DNA of 64,000 nucleotides from contig JAUCBJ010009144.1 of NCBI GenBank assembly GCA_032718475.1, positions 62,001 to 126,000 of the forward strand, read 5' to 3'. The position numbers were made by a program, and so were the translations under genes. Within the stretch, counting starts at the first letter, position 1, and the number at the start of each line of letters is the position of its first letter. The notes below the pieces were generated by a model. The model was not told where the DNA came from. It was given only the letters and a program-made list of their open reading frames with translations, and ran no database searches. This document shows, piece by piece, positions 62,101-64,000 of the stretch. The stretch comes from Nemertoderma westbladi (Eukaryota > Animalia > Xenacoelomorpha).

Positions 62101-64000
62101 ATCTCAGCTATTTCATGAACATAATGAAGTATTAAAGCCATTTCAAATTCCTTGGTATTTTTCTGTAATAATTTATCAAAATATCCTCTGATTTTATTCA
62201 AAAACCATATCAATTTTCATATTTATAACTTCTAACCCACTCCACGAGATAGATAATCTTAAATGAAAATCAAAAGAACAGGTAACACTTACATTTATAG
62301 AAGTAATCAGCTGTTATTTGCTACGTCTTTCCGCTGAAGATGAATGAATTTTGATTGCATTGGAACACCCCCTATCTGTGGCTGTCTGAGAGGAGAGATA
62401 AGTAGCCTATCTCCCTGTTAATATTGTTGTGTTCTAGAATATTTATTATAGTTTCATCGTATTGCCAAAGTGACTAGAGCTGAAGTTGACTCATAATACA
62501 ATAATTCACCTCAAATATCTCAGCTATTTCATGAACATAATGAAGTATTAAAGCCATGTCAAAATCATTGGTGTTTTTCTGCAATAATTTATCAAAATAT
62601 CCTCTGATTTTTTTCAAAAACCACATCGATTTTCTTATTTATAACTTCTATCCCACTCCACGAGATAGAGAATCTTAAATGAACGTCAAAAGAACAGGTA
62701 ACACTTACATTTATAGCAGTAATCAGCTGTTATTTGCTACGTCTTTCCGCTGGAGATGGATGAATTTTGATTGCGTTGGAACACCCCCTATCTGTGGCCG
62801 TCTGAGTGGAGAGATAAGTAGCCTATCTCCCTGTTAATATTGTTGTGTTCTAGAATATTTATTATAGTTTCATCGTATTGCCAAAGTGACTAGAGCTGAA
62901 GTTGACTCATAATACAATAATTCACCTCAAATATCTCAGCTATTTCATGAACATAATGAAGTATTAAAGCCATGTCAAAATCCTTGGTGTTTTTCTGCAA
63001 TAATTTATCAAAATATCCTCTGATTTATTACAAAAATCATATCGATTTTCATATTTATAACTTATATCCCACTCAACGAGATAAAGTATCTTAAATGAAA
63101 GTCAAAAGAACAGGTAACACTTACATTTATAGAAGTAATCAGCTGTTATTTGCTACGTCTTTCCGCTGGAGATGGATTAATTTTGATTGCGTTGGAACAC
63201 CCCCTATCTGTGGCTTTCTGAGTGGAGAGATAAGTATCCTATCTCCCTATTAATATTGTTGTGTTCTAGAATATTTTTTATAGTTTCATCGTATTGCCAA
63301 AGTGACTAGAGCTGAAGTTAACTCATAATACAATAATTCACCTCAAATATCTCAGCTATTTCATGAACATAATGAAGTATTAAAGCCATGTCAAAATCAT
63401 TAGTGTTTTTCTGCAATAATTTATCAAAATATCCTCTGATTTTTTTCAAAAACCACATCGATTTTCTTATTTATAACTTCTATCCCACTCCACGAGATAG
63501 AGAATCTTAAATGAACGTCAAAAGAACAGGTAACACTTACATTTATAGCAGTAATCAGCTGTTATTTGCTACGTCTTTCCGCTGGAGATGGATGAATTTT
63601 GATTGCGTTGGAACACCCCATATCTGTGGCTGTCTGAGTGGAGAGATAAGTAGCCTATCTCCCTGTTAATATTGTTGTGTTCTAGAATATTTATTATAGT
63701 TTCATCGTATTGCCAAAGTGACTAGAGCTGAAGTTGACTCATAATACAATAATTCACCTCAAATATCTCAGCTATTTCAAGAACATAATGAAGTATTAAA
63801 TCCATGTCAAATTCCTTGGTATTTTTCTGCAATAATTTATCAAAATATCCTCTGATTTTTTTCAAAAACCATATCAATTTTTATATTAATAACTTCTATC
63901 CCACTCAACGAGATAAAGTATCTTGTTGTGTTCTAGAATATTTTTTATAGTTTCATCGTATTGCCAAAGTGACAAGAGCTGAAGTTGTCTCATAATACAA

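Larger units (their letters stand above)
10352..64000. repeat. 416-bp AT-rich satellite DNA array, head-to-tail, roughly 115 monomers, continuing past the right edge
   Basis: The landmark gaacaccccctatctgtgg recurs at 11201, 11617 and 12033, and at 14537, 14953 and 15369 (period 416). Orientation is the same throughout. Interrupted at 12222-13481, 34475-36026, 38046-39597, 41857-41956 (N gap) and 54553-56127. Confidence 0.98.

Noticed and set aside
10352-64000. CRISPR-like array
   Set aside because: The whole 416-bp unit repeats. There are no unique spacers and no cas genes, and the context is eukaryotic.

Overview
Eukaryotic, probably invertebrate, repeat-dense DNA with no host gene. Bases 1 to ~9.7 kb are a minus-strand BEL/Pao LTR retrotransposon. 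It has a 2225-aa Gag-protease-RT-RNase H ORF, a frameshift at ~763 after which the frame stays open to the window edge (integrase would lie outside), an unusually long repeat-built linker, a ~2.1-kb leader and a tentative 5' LTR near 9515-9715. Bases 9.76-10.35 kb are a patchwork of a tRNA-like Pol III unit, a LINE fragment and a second BEL gag zinc-knuckle fragment, fused directly to a satellite. From ~10352 to the end is a head-to-tail array of a 416-bp AT-rich satellite (roughly 115 monomers, one 100-N gap). It shows local higher-order repeats (2085, 819, 2331 and 3581 bp) and recurrent truncated monomers (403, 251 and ~166 bp). Four non-autonomous piggyBac-type insertions with TTAA target-site duplications (TSDs) interrupt the array. 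They belong to two related families with ~162-bp internal repeats, and one has been copied inside a 3571-bp tandem duplication. Empty-site paralogues of all three independent insertions are visible in the same array. No CRISPR array and no prokaryotic system is present. All counts and periods were read by eye.
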